DNA of 64,000 bases from positions 2,914,001-2,978,000 of the forward strand of contig OZ116709.1 in assembly GCA_964199315.1 (NCBI GenBank), given 5' to 3'. Positions 37,101 through 47,825 of the stretch are shown here, piece by piece. A model generated the notes under the pieces. The model saw only the letters and a list, made by a program, of their open reading frames with translations. It did not search any database and was not told the DNA's origin. Positions within the stretch are counted from its first letter, which is position 1; every line of letters begins with the position of its first letter. This DNA is from Orbicella franksi. Its lineage: Eukaryota. Made by a program: the position numbers and the translations under genes.

Positions 37101-40100
37101 AGCATACGCAGCTGTTAAAAGTGTTATGGGTTATGGCTGGCAATGACAGTGCCTGAGAACTTAATGTTTAATATAATTTGTTACTAAAACTGTTATTATC
37201 CTGTAATAATATTGCAGGCAAAAGAGTTTGTTAACATTTGTATGGAGAATGGTGTTTATGATTTTGACACTGCTTATGTGTAAGTATAAATTTTAGCGTT
37301 TTCTTCTTCACCTTAAGTGAATCATGGTGAATGTGTTTCAAATTGAAGAAAGTAATTTGGAAATTTTAATGTTATCACTAAGACTAGTTTGCAAAAATAA
37401 TGAAGAAGACAAAGCAAATTAGCCTGTGCTCTAAAATCTAAAATAAAGTGTTGAAGTTTTTCTTGCTACCTTGGTGTACCAGTCACAAGATATTATGGCC
37501 ATTTTTACCCTGAATCCAGAGAATTAACATAGTAAGTTTCTATTTCGTGATTTATATTCTGAATTAAATTAAAGGTACAGCAATGGAAAGAGTGAGGAGA
37601 TTATGGGAGACATGGACAGTCTTAAAGATCCCAAGGTAAATATTTTTGTTGCATGTATAGATTTCAACTTATTCATTTACTTATAGATATCTTAGTGATG
37701 GTTTCTAAAGGCATCTAAGCTACAGCAGGAAGACAACACTTCAAAATACAGCCAACCTCTTGTTATTGACAGCTCCAAAATACAGACACCTCAGTTAATA
37801 GCATGGAAACTTCTGTCATCAGGGGTGGAACTGTTCCAGTCTCCACCATTTTACGGAAATCAGTCACTCACAGATTTTTCAGAAATATGTTGACTCAGAA
37901 ACTGTGGAAAGTGACTTATAGAGTTAAAATCCAAAGCAGTTCCTGGGGAAGCATGGCCTGAGACCCCTCTAGAAGATTGCACCTGCAGCACTTGTTGTTT
38001 TGGAAATCAGTCATCATTTATCCCAGATCAATGCCTGATACAGACACTCAGTTCTGCCTCTTTGGTGTGGTAGTACTTTACTTGCATAACAAGTCATTGA
38101 GGGCAATAAAATTTAAACAGATTGAATCAGGCAATGATTTTGAAAAGTTGAGTAAACAACAATATTTCCGCTAGCAATTCTGTTCCTATGAGCTGAGAGT
38201 TGTTTGAGAACCCAGGGGATACACACTGATAGTTTTAAAGCGACAGGGTTGTACAAAGGTATATCTCTGTAGAGCTGGTCATTATTAGTAATCTTTTAAT
38301 TAAGTTGAAGTTCACAAACACTAAGCTGCAATCGTGGACAAAAGTCCTTGGGAAACTTACGTGATTTAACGAATTGTATGTGTTTTACTACTGAAGTTTG
38401 AAAAAAGCGCTGCTTTCCTTTCAAAAACGTGTTACTGTTCCCCCTCCCCACCCAATACAAAGTTGAAAATCAGAAGGAATTGCAGGTAGTAGTTTTCAAC
38501 ATTGTATGGGGGGTGGGGTGGGGGTGAGGGGCGCAGTTAGGCAGGTGAAGTTGTATTCGTGTCTGGCATGTGTGCAAAAGCGCCAAAAGTGCAAATTTGT
38601 CTCAAGACTTTTGTCCATGATTGTGGCTCATTGACAAACCCAGCCAGCTTGTCTGGCCTTTACACCTTCAAAGGAACAAAAAGTGTTTGTTTCCTCGTGA
38701 AATTGCAGCTGGCTACAAACTCTATTCAGTCTGTTAAATTAACCAGCAGACAGCTCTTAGCTACATTCCTAAGTTCATCAGGCCTTTGTTTCACAGGAAG
38801 AGAATTGACAGGTCACTCTCTAGTAACTCTAACTAGTAAATCACAAGGACATTTTAAAATTTTAGTTGATTTAACCAGTTTCACTTTTTGATTTAGGCAT
38901 TCATTGCCACAAAGGCAAGTCCATGGAATGACAAAGGTCTGTTTAGTTGGTGTAGTATACGTGTATATGTAACTTATCAATTTATTTTATTCATCTATGT
39001 GGCATCAAGGTGAAAGTATTTATTGGAAAATCCATTACCACGATCTTAAGGACATTTATTTATTTATTTATCTATTTATCTATTTATTTATTTATTGCCA
39101 CACACTTATATTATTTACAATACATATACGTACATTAATTACAATTCTAAAACAACTACTTACTCTACTTACAGTACTACATTTACTTACACTTCATTAC
39201 AATACTCGTCTAATGCCTATCTACATATTACCCAAAACGTTACATTACATTGCATCAAGGTGAAAGTATTTATTGGAAAAGCCATTACCATGATCTTAAT
39301 GACATACTCAGTAAAATGTACTCAGCCTTATTGATCTCGCACTCACACTTGGGCAGTAATAACCCATAATTTCTGTCCCCAGTCCTTGTCTGGACATCAA
39401 GGCTGTATGTCAGCTATTACATACTAGGAAAGAAAGAGCAATTAAATTGGAAAATAAATTTTGGTTGAAATTGAGGAGATTTTTAAGCTTTTATTTTAAG
39501 TTAGGTAGTAGTTCAATTTTACCCTTGGTAGATTTAGGTATTTTCATTTTTTGTGGTCTGTGCAGGTACCATACCTGAACCATAGCATGTACTATTATTT
39601 GCTCGAATTAGGTCTTAAGTATGACAAAGTGCTGGAACAGTTGAATGAATCTCTCAGAAGACTGAAAAAAGACACTGTGGAGTTATTTTACCTCCATGCT
39701 CCAGATCACAACACGCCTATCGAGGAAACACTTTCAGCTGTTAATCATCTCTATAAAGGTAAGTATAGGACATTCTATTGGATCATTTATCAAAGATGTC
39801 CACTTATGGGGATGTGCCCACATCTACCTTTAGGACATGCATGTGTCGTAGGTCAAAATGAAATTCAGGTTAAAATGATTTTAACCTAGTTTGATTCTCA
39901 ATTTTCGTTGACTTCTAACCTTAATTATTCATGATCCATGAATAATTAGGGTTAAGAGACAAAGGAATTTCATTTTAACCTGAGTTTTATGTTGACCTAC
40001 AACACATACATGCACCTGTACAAGGTACCCTTATCCACCTACAGAAGATGCCCACATCTCCCTATAGGAGGTGCCACATTTACTTACAGGAAGTGGCTAC

Positions 40101-43100
40101 CTCCATGTATAGGAGATGCCATATTAAACTACAGGAGGTGCCTACATCCACCTAAACTAGAGGAGGTGCCCACCTATAAGAGGTTCCCCCATCCACCTGT
40201 TGAAGTGCTTATATAGTCATCTCCAAAGATGAGTTACTTAGTCACAAAAGTTTGGTTTTTATTTTTATTTTTAACTTTTTAGCCTCACACATAGCATTTT
40301 AGATCTTAGCAAATATTATGGACGATAACTTCTTTATTGCATGTTTCAGAGGGTAAATTTAAATCCTTTGGCCTGTCCAATTATTCTGCATGGCAAGTGG
40401 TAAGTGTTCTAATATAGCTTAAGGTATTTTAATTGGTTACATCGTGTAGCTGCCCCCAAAAGAAATGTCCAGTATTGCTTTACAAAACCTAGTAAATATT
40501 TGACAGTAGTTATGATAAAGTTTAGTAAAATTCAAGACAAAGAAAAGTACAAGATTTAAGTTAAAAATGAATTATTTATTAAGCAACTTTTTAAGAAAAA
40601 TTCTTCAGAAGAGCCCTTTGTTAACTTATTTGTTTAGAACCATTAATTACATTTTAGCTTGTAGTCAGACATTTACCTATTTCTATTTTTATGCCAATCA
40701 GGCAGAGATTTATTATCTGTGCAAAATGAATAACTATCCATTACCAACTGTATACCAAGGAATGTACAATCCTGTCACAAGGTGAGTGCAAACATGTAAA
40801 GTGATCTACAAGATTCTTGATTGCAAGAAGCGAGCCAGCAGTATTCAATGATGGGGAAAGTGGCCCCTGTCTATTGGCCTCCCTTCAGCTCTGCCAACCT
40901 TAAACCAGCTCCCTCCACAAGGAGGGGTGGAGGGGCGGCACTCCGAGAAAAATTGAGTGGGGTGTGTGGTGCAAAACCCTTACTTTATTTATGGCCAAAA
41001 TCTGCGATTTTTCGTGCCCTATTTATGACCTGACCAAAAATTCGATACCCTATTTATGACCTGACCCTAAATCAATGCCCTGTTTCAGACCTGCCGTGTA
41101 CTTAGTTCCCTAGTGCAGACCGATGTTAAAGGCTTTTGTTGATCGGTCTTATCGATAATGATGAAAAAGTAGCTTCTTCTAAAAAACATACCCAATTCAA
41201 GACTAGAGTACAAAAACCATACCCTTTTTATGACCAAAACTAAAATTGATACCCTATTTATGACCAAAACGGATGAAAAACCATAACCTATATATAAGGG
41301 AGTACCTCCCCCCCCCCCCCCAACCTGGGACCATAGGTTGGTGCGGAGTTAATGTGTTGATGAAAAAAGTTCAAAGTAGCGTTCTGTCTCGCTAATAATG
41401 TACATTAGAACACAAATTATCACAATGATATGGCCACCGGTGTGTCTTTCCCCACTGGGACTAATCGTTCGTAATGTACACTAATCTCGATTACTAGCCG
41501 CTGCTCGGAAAGGGAGCCCGCGCTCTTCCCTCTTCTCGGGTAGGGACGTGGTCGGGACTCGAGAGAGCGGCGGAAATCGAGGCTAGTATATCCCGGCATG
41601 TTAATTTGATTTAACATTCAACTATGAGGACCATCAACTTTTTATCCAGTTGACGCTGAGAGCAACTTTTCAGGTATTTGTCTTTTATAGTTTCTGTTTT
41701 GAAATAGGATTTTGCTTCTTTTCAGAGATGTAGAAAAGGAACTCTTTCCGTGTCTGAGAAGATTTGGAATAGCTTTCTATGCTTACAACCCAGTAAGTAC
41801 CTCCTACAACTTCGATATGGCCCTAGAGACCTTGACATAGCAATTCACATAACCAAATTGTTGTCTCTTTTTGTGTTGTAGCTTGCTGGTGGGTTATTAA
41901 CTGGAAAACATCGTTACGAAGACAGAGATAGCGGCAAGATTCAGCATGGCCGTTACGCTGGTACTGGCCCTTGGGCTGATGTGTAAGTTGACGTAGATAT
42001 CCGATAATTTCTGAAGATTTTCCGAAACGTTATCGCCGGAGTGTTACTAGCCGGTTCATCCGCGAGAAATTCCGTTTCGACTGGACCCGAAAACATTCCA
42101 TACTGATGGTGTCAGCTGCTTATCAGAGATCCGTGATTGGTTGTTTCTCAGTTAGGAATTTTTGTGCGCTGGTATCAACCAATCGGAATACAGGGATCGA
42201 CCAGTGTGGAATTTGTCGGGTTGAGTCTGAAACGCATTTCAAGCAAGTTGCGATTTCTTTTCGTTGTGTTGAGAGGGCATCGGTCACTGCTGTCTTCTGA
42301 TAAGCAGAGTATGATGGGAACCTAATTCTAACTCGTATTCAGTTTTTTTTTTTTTTTTTTTTTGTACAATCCAAGATTAATTTCATTTGTTTTTCAGCTA
42401 CGTGAAGCGTTTTTGGAAGAAGCCCTTGTTTGATTTACTTGACAAACTCAAGGTAACATTGGATCGCATTTACGGCGAAGGAAAAGTGTCCTTGATTGAT
42501 GCAACCCTTCGATGGATGTACCATCATTCCCATATGGATGGTGCTCATGGAGGTACTTACTCTCTTTCTTTGTTCTCAGCCTTTCCTCAACTTATTTAAA
42601 AGACGTTCCCAAATAACTATAGATTGCTTTATTCTCCTCGCACTTGCCAATAGCTTGCTAGTTTGAATTACCTGATTCGCCTGTGATTTAATATGTAGGT
42701 ATGATCAGTTTGTCGCCACATAAAAGTTTCTCTGGAGAACTTCGTTCTTTAACAAACGGTCACTGTTGTCGAAATGGAAGGATTAGTGTTAATATACAGT
42801 TTAATCTCTATCCACGCACTGGACAAGCTTCAGTTGTCCTAGATAGAGCTCTCAGCTGCTTTCAAATTATTTCTGCGGACATGATTGATTAAGAGCTTGT
42901 AAGCGTGCAGTTTTCTTTATCGTTGACTGTCTTGCCTTGCCATGTCCATGAAATTCACAGCAAGAAGCTACGGTCAGGAGAAACAGTTGCGTTTTCGTAA
43001 ATCCTCGCATAGGAACATTACATACCATCTGAAGTTTACTATTTTTATTAACCAGTCCGAAGGTTGGACAAGCGTTTCCAAACAACCGAAAGATGTCACG

Positions 43101-44047
43101 TAAGCCTTTCGTCATAACCATTCGTCTTGTTACTAAGCAACATCTCGTACGAAAACTTAGTGCTCAGTCTCAGAGAGCCGCGGACTAGGTCTCGGAGAAT
43201 GCAATACGAGAGAAAAGTTACTCTCGCTAATCATTTTGTTGTTTCAGATGCTGTTATTCTTGGGGCGTCCTCTGTCAAGCACTTGGAGGAAAACATCAAG
43301 AGTACGAAACACGGGCCCTTACATGAAGGTAAGCACAAAGGAACAGTCTGAAAAAACGAGTTTTGTCCTAAAAGACATCTTCAGTGAAGTCATGGTTTGC
43401 TTGGGTGCGCAGGGCTGTGGCCTGTAAATGTGACCTGCAAAAGATACCTGTCTAAATTGGCTCAGTCTTCCCCAGTCTCAAACATTCATGTTCCTCGTCA
43501 TTATGTTTTGGTTGCTTCTTTGGTGTTTCTGGGGCCCATAACCAAAATTGACCAATCAGAACGCCTTATTAATTGCCGCTCCAATATTTTCTGAGTAATG
43601 GACCAAGTAACTTTACTATCAGTTCCTCTTCAATTACAAAGACATGTAATAAACTTATTATTAACCAAGCTTTGCCTGGGACCATACCTGGAGAGCATCA
43701 GCCTTCCGTCTTTTCTGTGCGGACTTCGCTGTGCTTGATCTGCACTGTCAAGACCTAAGGCGGATATTATCCCAATACAGCCTACGTGCTCGGTCGATGA
43801 AATACATACCTCACATGGCAGGTAGAGCAGATGTACAACTGAAATGTGGCCAGTACTTGGGTGAACGTCATAAATTCATCGAGTCATAAATCACCTGTTT
43901 TGTTTTTTCAACTGAGCTGATATCGTGCGTGTTATTTGATTTTCGTATAATCTGATTTTTTTCTCTCTCTTCTCTGCAGATGTGGTCAAAATATTTGAAG
44001 AGACCTGGGGTGAAATAAAGAGCGACTGTCCATTGTATTTCCGCTGA
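34181..44047 (+). CDS. AKR7A: Aldo-keto reductase, AKR7A-like, copy 2, 13 coding exons including a presequence exon, 352 aa
   Basis: Exons: 34181-34258 ([26 protein letters not shown], inferred), 35008-35076, 37218-37279, 37575-37635, 38897-38936, 39612-39758, 40350-40399, 40702-40781, 41726-41792, 41882-41982, 42398-42552, 43248-43328, 43980-44047 (1059 nt). The last 11 exons have the same sizes as in copy 1. Motifs [43 protein letters not shown]. Confidence 0.93.
34426..34700. mobile_element. MITE with long TIRs in intron 1 of AKR copy 2
   Basis: GGGCCATTCCATTTAATATCCGCACTCCCCCTATTGAGGTATTACTTGAAACCCCC..CTCAGATATCATTTA is mirrored at the right end. ATT on both flanks (34423-34425, 34701-34703). 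Confidence 0.85.
35275..35726 (+). mobile_element. Non-autonomous TTAA element (Kolobok-like), copy 2
   Basis: ttaa|GGTCATTCC ... GGAATAACC|ttaa. End-to-end paralogue of 29053-29503. Confidence 0.8.
35731..36354. mobile_element. Fold-back (near fully palindromic) TTAA element
   Basis: ttaa|GGTATCTCAAAAC ... GTTTTGAGCCACC|ttaa. Arms stay complementary for roughly 290 bp to a centre near 36025. Shares the TTAA at 35727-35730 with the preceding element. Confidence 0.8.
38329..38623. mobile_element. MITE with CAATCGTGGACAAAAGTC TIRs (Tc1/mariner-like, TSD decayed)
   Basis: CAATCGTGGACAAAAGTC vs GACTTTTGTCCATGATTG. Flanks are TG/TG rather than TA. Confidence 0.6.
39002..39305 (-). mobile_element. 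5'-truncated retroelement 3' tail with (AAAT)n, flanked by 54-bp direct repeats
   Basis: Direct repeats 39002-39055 and 39252-39305 (3 mismatches) enclose 196 bp that end on the minus strand in AATAAATAAATAGATAAAT. Confidence 0.7.
39790..40205. repeat. Degenerate ~22-bp minisatellite (CACCTACAGGAGGTGCCCACAT-like) interrupted by an AT-rich hairpin (~39855-39990)
   Basis: Recurrent GAGGTGCC/CACCTA units. Hairpin TAACCTTAATTATTCATG-ATC-CATGAATAATTAGGGTTA. Confidence 0.5.
40921..41315. repeat. Dispersed repeat with reiterated CCCTATTTATGACC motifs and G/C-run ends
   Basis: CCCTATTTATGACC at about 41016, 41048 and 41251. Ends in GGGAGTACCTCCCCCC. Confidence 0.55.
41481..41586. mobile_element. 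Short GC-rich MITE-like element
   Basis: CTAATCTCGATT / AATCGAGGCTAG imperfect inverted ends around a GC-rich core in an AT-rich intron. Confidence 0.45.
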
Positions 44048-44871
44048 AATGACCTTACGACCACTCCAGGCTCACCGAATGCGTCTCAATTTGGTGACAA
44101 CATTTTTCATTAGTACAGAAATGATAAGTGGGGTGACTGAGCAAAGCTTAAGCTATAGAAGATTAAGGTTCGTAACAAAGTCCGTTGAAGAATTTGTAGT
44201 CGTACTTCTTTCGGTTTCATATTTCACGGACAGATCAAACAGGCGCTTATGTCCGCTTTAGAAAGAAATAAAGTAAAGATCTGAATTGCTGCCAGGACTG
44301 GTTTTGAGTGTACTGGTGGAGTATTTTATTCCAATTATAGAAAGTAAGCAATAGTATAGAGCGGGTATTTTAGTAGGGACTGGTAGTGCTCAATTTATTT
44401 GAGCTTTGTGAAAAAAAAAAAAATTATTTTAGGCACCTCACGTACTAAAGTCTTTTAACCAATCAGAGCCGTAGTAGATGCGATCTTCTTAGCTAACTGG
44501 CTTGATTTAAAGCATCGTGTTACAGCTCATCATTAGTGTTGTTTGTATGAGTCAGGGTCACGCGGCAAAAAATGAAAGCAAGTTTGACCCACCGACAAGT
44601 TTGTACTGATTCACTGTGTTCCCTACAGGTATTTCTCTTGGATAGTAAACTGCAATGAAAAACATCTGATGAAAAAGCATTTTTAAGTTCATCTGTGAAC
44701 AGTTTCCGTTTAACAATGAAACAACGTCATTATTGCTTTGAAAGGCCTATTAATTATTGGCAACGCACCATTAAGTCAGTAGTGGTATTAAGAATTGTCC
44801 TTCTTTGAAAATGTCACTCGAGTATTTTATTAAGTACTTTAAAGCATATGTTTGCAATTCTGGTTTCCTAA

Positions 44872-47825
44872 TCAGTCGTCCTTGAAAAGTTCCTCAATGT
44901 CCGGTGCTACATATTCTGTTGGCTGGCGTTCCTCCGCCTCCACTTTTTCGTCGATCAAATTTTCGTCCGGAGCAGATTCTTGCACAACTTCCATAGTAGG
45001 CAGCTCGAGGAGGTCTTCAATGGGTATTCCTGCTTTCTCTTTCTCTGGTTCAGCAATCTCCAGAGCCTTGTGGTATCGTGGTTTTCTACGGACTTCCATC
45101 ACCACAATCTCTTCTTCGAATTCGTCTACCTCCCCATCGTCATCATCCTCGTCGTCTTCGTCTTCGTCTTCTTCATCAGCCGCCTGGGGCGGTGCCGGTT
45201 TTTCTTCTGTTTTCTCTGGTTTTTCCTCATCTCCTTTCTCCTTCTCCTTGACCACATCACCAAGAGTTAGTATAGAGATAACCAGTTTGTCCCGTTTGGC
45301 GACTTCGGGGTGGATCCTACTCTCATTGACACTCGGTTCCAGGTCCTTCTCTTTCTGGTTGTAATCACTGGAATATTTCAAGTGAATATTGATGTCGGAC
45401 ATTTCAGCGGTTTTGTCCTTTGTCTCAGGCGATGACTGTTCCACCATCCACTCTGGCATGTTAATTTGGGATTTCTCCTTCTTGACAACCATTATCGGGT
45501 CCTCGCCGCCATGGCTAGAAGTCTTCGTAGAGCGCTCGACTATTGTCGTTCCTCCGTCGCCACCTCCGATCGTCTTAGTTATGACTGAACGCTGGTAAAC
45601 GGTGTTAGTGCCAGGGTTGTCATCTGCAGACGTGCCAGTTGTGATGGTGGTATGCCCTCTTCTCTCAAACATGTTGATGTTGTGTGTTTGAAAAGGCTGG
45701 CCTTTGATATGTACCTTAACACGGTTCTCTTGCGTTGCAGGGGGCTTGTTACCAAATTGAAGGAACACTTCTTTCTCCTCGATAGCGCGGGGGTTGGTCT
45801 CAAATTGAAGCTTGGTGTGCTCCTCTGAAGGGCGTGGCATACCTCCTCCAAAATTGATCAAAATCTTGTCTGGGTCGTGGCCCCCGCTCTTGATCTCTGT
45901 GGTCTCACTAGTGACGTTACTAGGCCCGTTCTTTGAGCTTATCCTCGTGGAAGTCGTCGTTATCGTCTTCACGATTCGTCGAATACGTCGGCCGTTCTCA
46001 TCCACGTACTCCCTCACTTCAGTATTCTCGTCCGTGTCGCCTCCAGCTTGACCATTTTCTTTCTGTAGTGTCTCGAGTGTCAGATGTTTTGGTTCACTAT
46101 CGTCAGACGATGTTTTAGTAGATGTTGTTGTTACGGTTTTTGTGACCACCCGTCGAACTTTCATCCCGTTTTCATCGACATACTCCTCCATATCCTCACC
46201 AATGCCTTCGTCTTTATCGCTGTGACTAGATTCAGAGCCGTCCTCTGTTTCGGGTTTCACTTTCGTCTCCTCGGTGTCTTTCTCTGCATTTTCTTGCAGC
46301 TCTTCAGGTTTCAATAAATTCACGTTTTCGTCGGGGTTGTTCGGAGATTTGGCGCTGGCGTAGGCGACTTTAACGCGTTTTTCTTCTGGTTCCCCGCGTA
46401 AACAACACGGGCAACACCACCTTATACAGGCTGAGGGAAATAATAAGAATACAACTATTATTAAAAAGAACAGCTCACTAGAAAACTGAGCAGCGTTAAC
46501 TATTTAAAACAGTAATAACAAACAATTTAATTGGTTTTTGAGCGGTTGCTACTCCTCGCATTTTTTGGCAACCACTGATTCGTCTCGCGAAGTTGCTGGA
46601 ATTGCTTCCAGAAGTTCTCTATGAGGCGTTAATTTAATAGCCTGCGAGCGCAGACGTATTTCCGGCTGTCGCTTGTCTCCGCCGAACATAACGTCTGCGA
46701 ACCCGAGCCAGGAAACGATTTCTGTGACGTGGGAATTTTAAGCCAATCACAGTGTAGCTCAAGTAGCCCCAGAACTACTGCGCGAGGTATTCACTGCAAG
46801 GAGCACTCGAGTTTCAGTCAATTATGGAATCTGATTGGCCAAGGAGAAACAAAAGTCATTACGTCACAGAAATCGTTTCCTGGCTCGGGTTCGCAGACGT
46901 TATTTTCGGTGGAGACAAGCGACAGCCGAAATACGTCTGCGTTCGCAGGCTATCAGTTTTTAAAAATGTTATGTCTTCTTTAACCAGCCCTATCATGCAG
47001 AAATGTTACGTTGTTTTCGAAGCACTTAAAGTGTCAAAAGGAGTATTAAACCCTCACTTTACTTAAGTCTAAAAGATAAACATTTGGTTTTCAAAACACG
47101 TCTAACTTAATAAAACATATTGCCTCGGAGAGATCATGCTCGGCTAACGGAACGTGATGTCTTCCTAAATTATCCTATTTTAATTTGTCTTCAGTGAAGC
47201 ATATAGGGCGACCTTGAACAATATAAGTCGTGAAAAGTTTGGAAAAGTTTCAAACAACCAAACAATAGACAGCCTAAAAATAACTCAAGTGTTTGAAACG
47301 TCCCTTCGCAAGAAACATTAAACTAAAAGCTCTTAACTAACGTGACTTATTAGAAAGTTGCAAAGATAACCCACGCTATCGAAGGTAATCGTGCGATATC
47401 GTTTAACTAGTCTTGCAGTTTGAATACAAATAAATCTTGCACGTTGTATGCCTTCACCTTGTTAAGCAATGCGACTGACCTCCAAAAAGAATTTGATAAA
47501 TTCTAATCCTCTTATCAAGTTGGGAAATTGGTTGTGAATTTATTTCTGAAACTAGCCTGTAGATAGCCCTTGCGCTGTTTAATGTGAAAAACAACGGACT
47601 ATTAAGCGCGAGACAATAACAAAGTGATTCAAAAATGTCGAAGTTTCCAAACAGTTCGCGACATTGTCGTGGGAACTAGCTCTCAAAGTTGAATATAAGC
47701 GCAAGGATTTAGCATAAGTTTCCTGGATATCGTAGCGCTCAAAAATCTTCCACTTGCTGTAATAAAAACGCAATTTCCTTTTCGTAAAGAGCGGAATAAT
47801 AACGAATTTAAAACGTACCTTTCAT
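44872..47825 (-). CDS. Uncharacterised acidic, largely disordered protein (family member A), about 521 aa, N-terminal Cys cluster
   Basis: Large exon 46430-44872 (acceptor TTTCCCTCAG), open throughout. Best first exon is ATGAAAG|GTACGT at 47825-47819, downstream of a minus-strand TTTATATAG near 47915, giving MKACIRWCCPCCLRG. Contains one degenerate 75-aa module, an acidic linker and the C-terminal domain shared with B and C. The first-exon choice is inferred. Confidence 0.8.
46638..46952. mobile_element. MITE with ~93-bp TIRs in the intron of gene A
   Basis: TAGCCTGCGAGCGCAGACGTATTTCCGGCTGTCGCTTGTCTCC...GATTTCTGTGACGT is mirrored with few mismatches at 46860-46952. Confidence 0.88.

Noticed and set aside
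42003-42034. CTGAAGATTTTCCGAAACGTT hammerhead-like string
   Set aside because: There is no room for stem II. It resembles a simple CCGAAGATTT-type repeat.
44852-46317. Plus-strand Ser/Phe-rich ORFs overlapping gene A, and similar antisense ORFs over genes B, C and the CCCH gene
   Set aside because: They are antisense shadows of acidic, biased coding sequence, with no independent coding signal.
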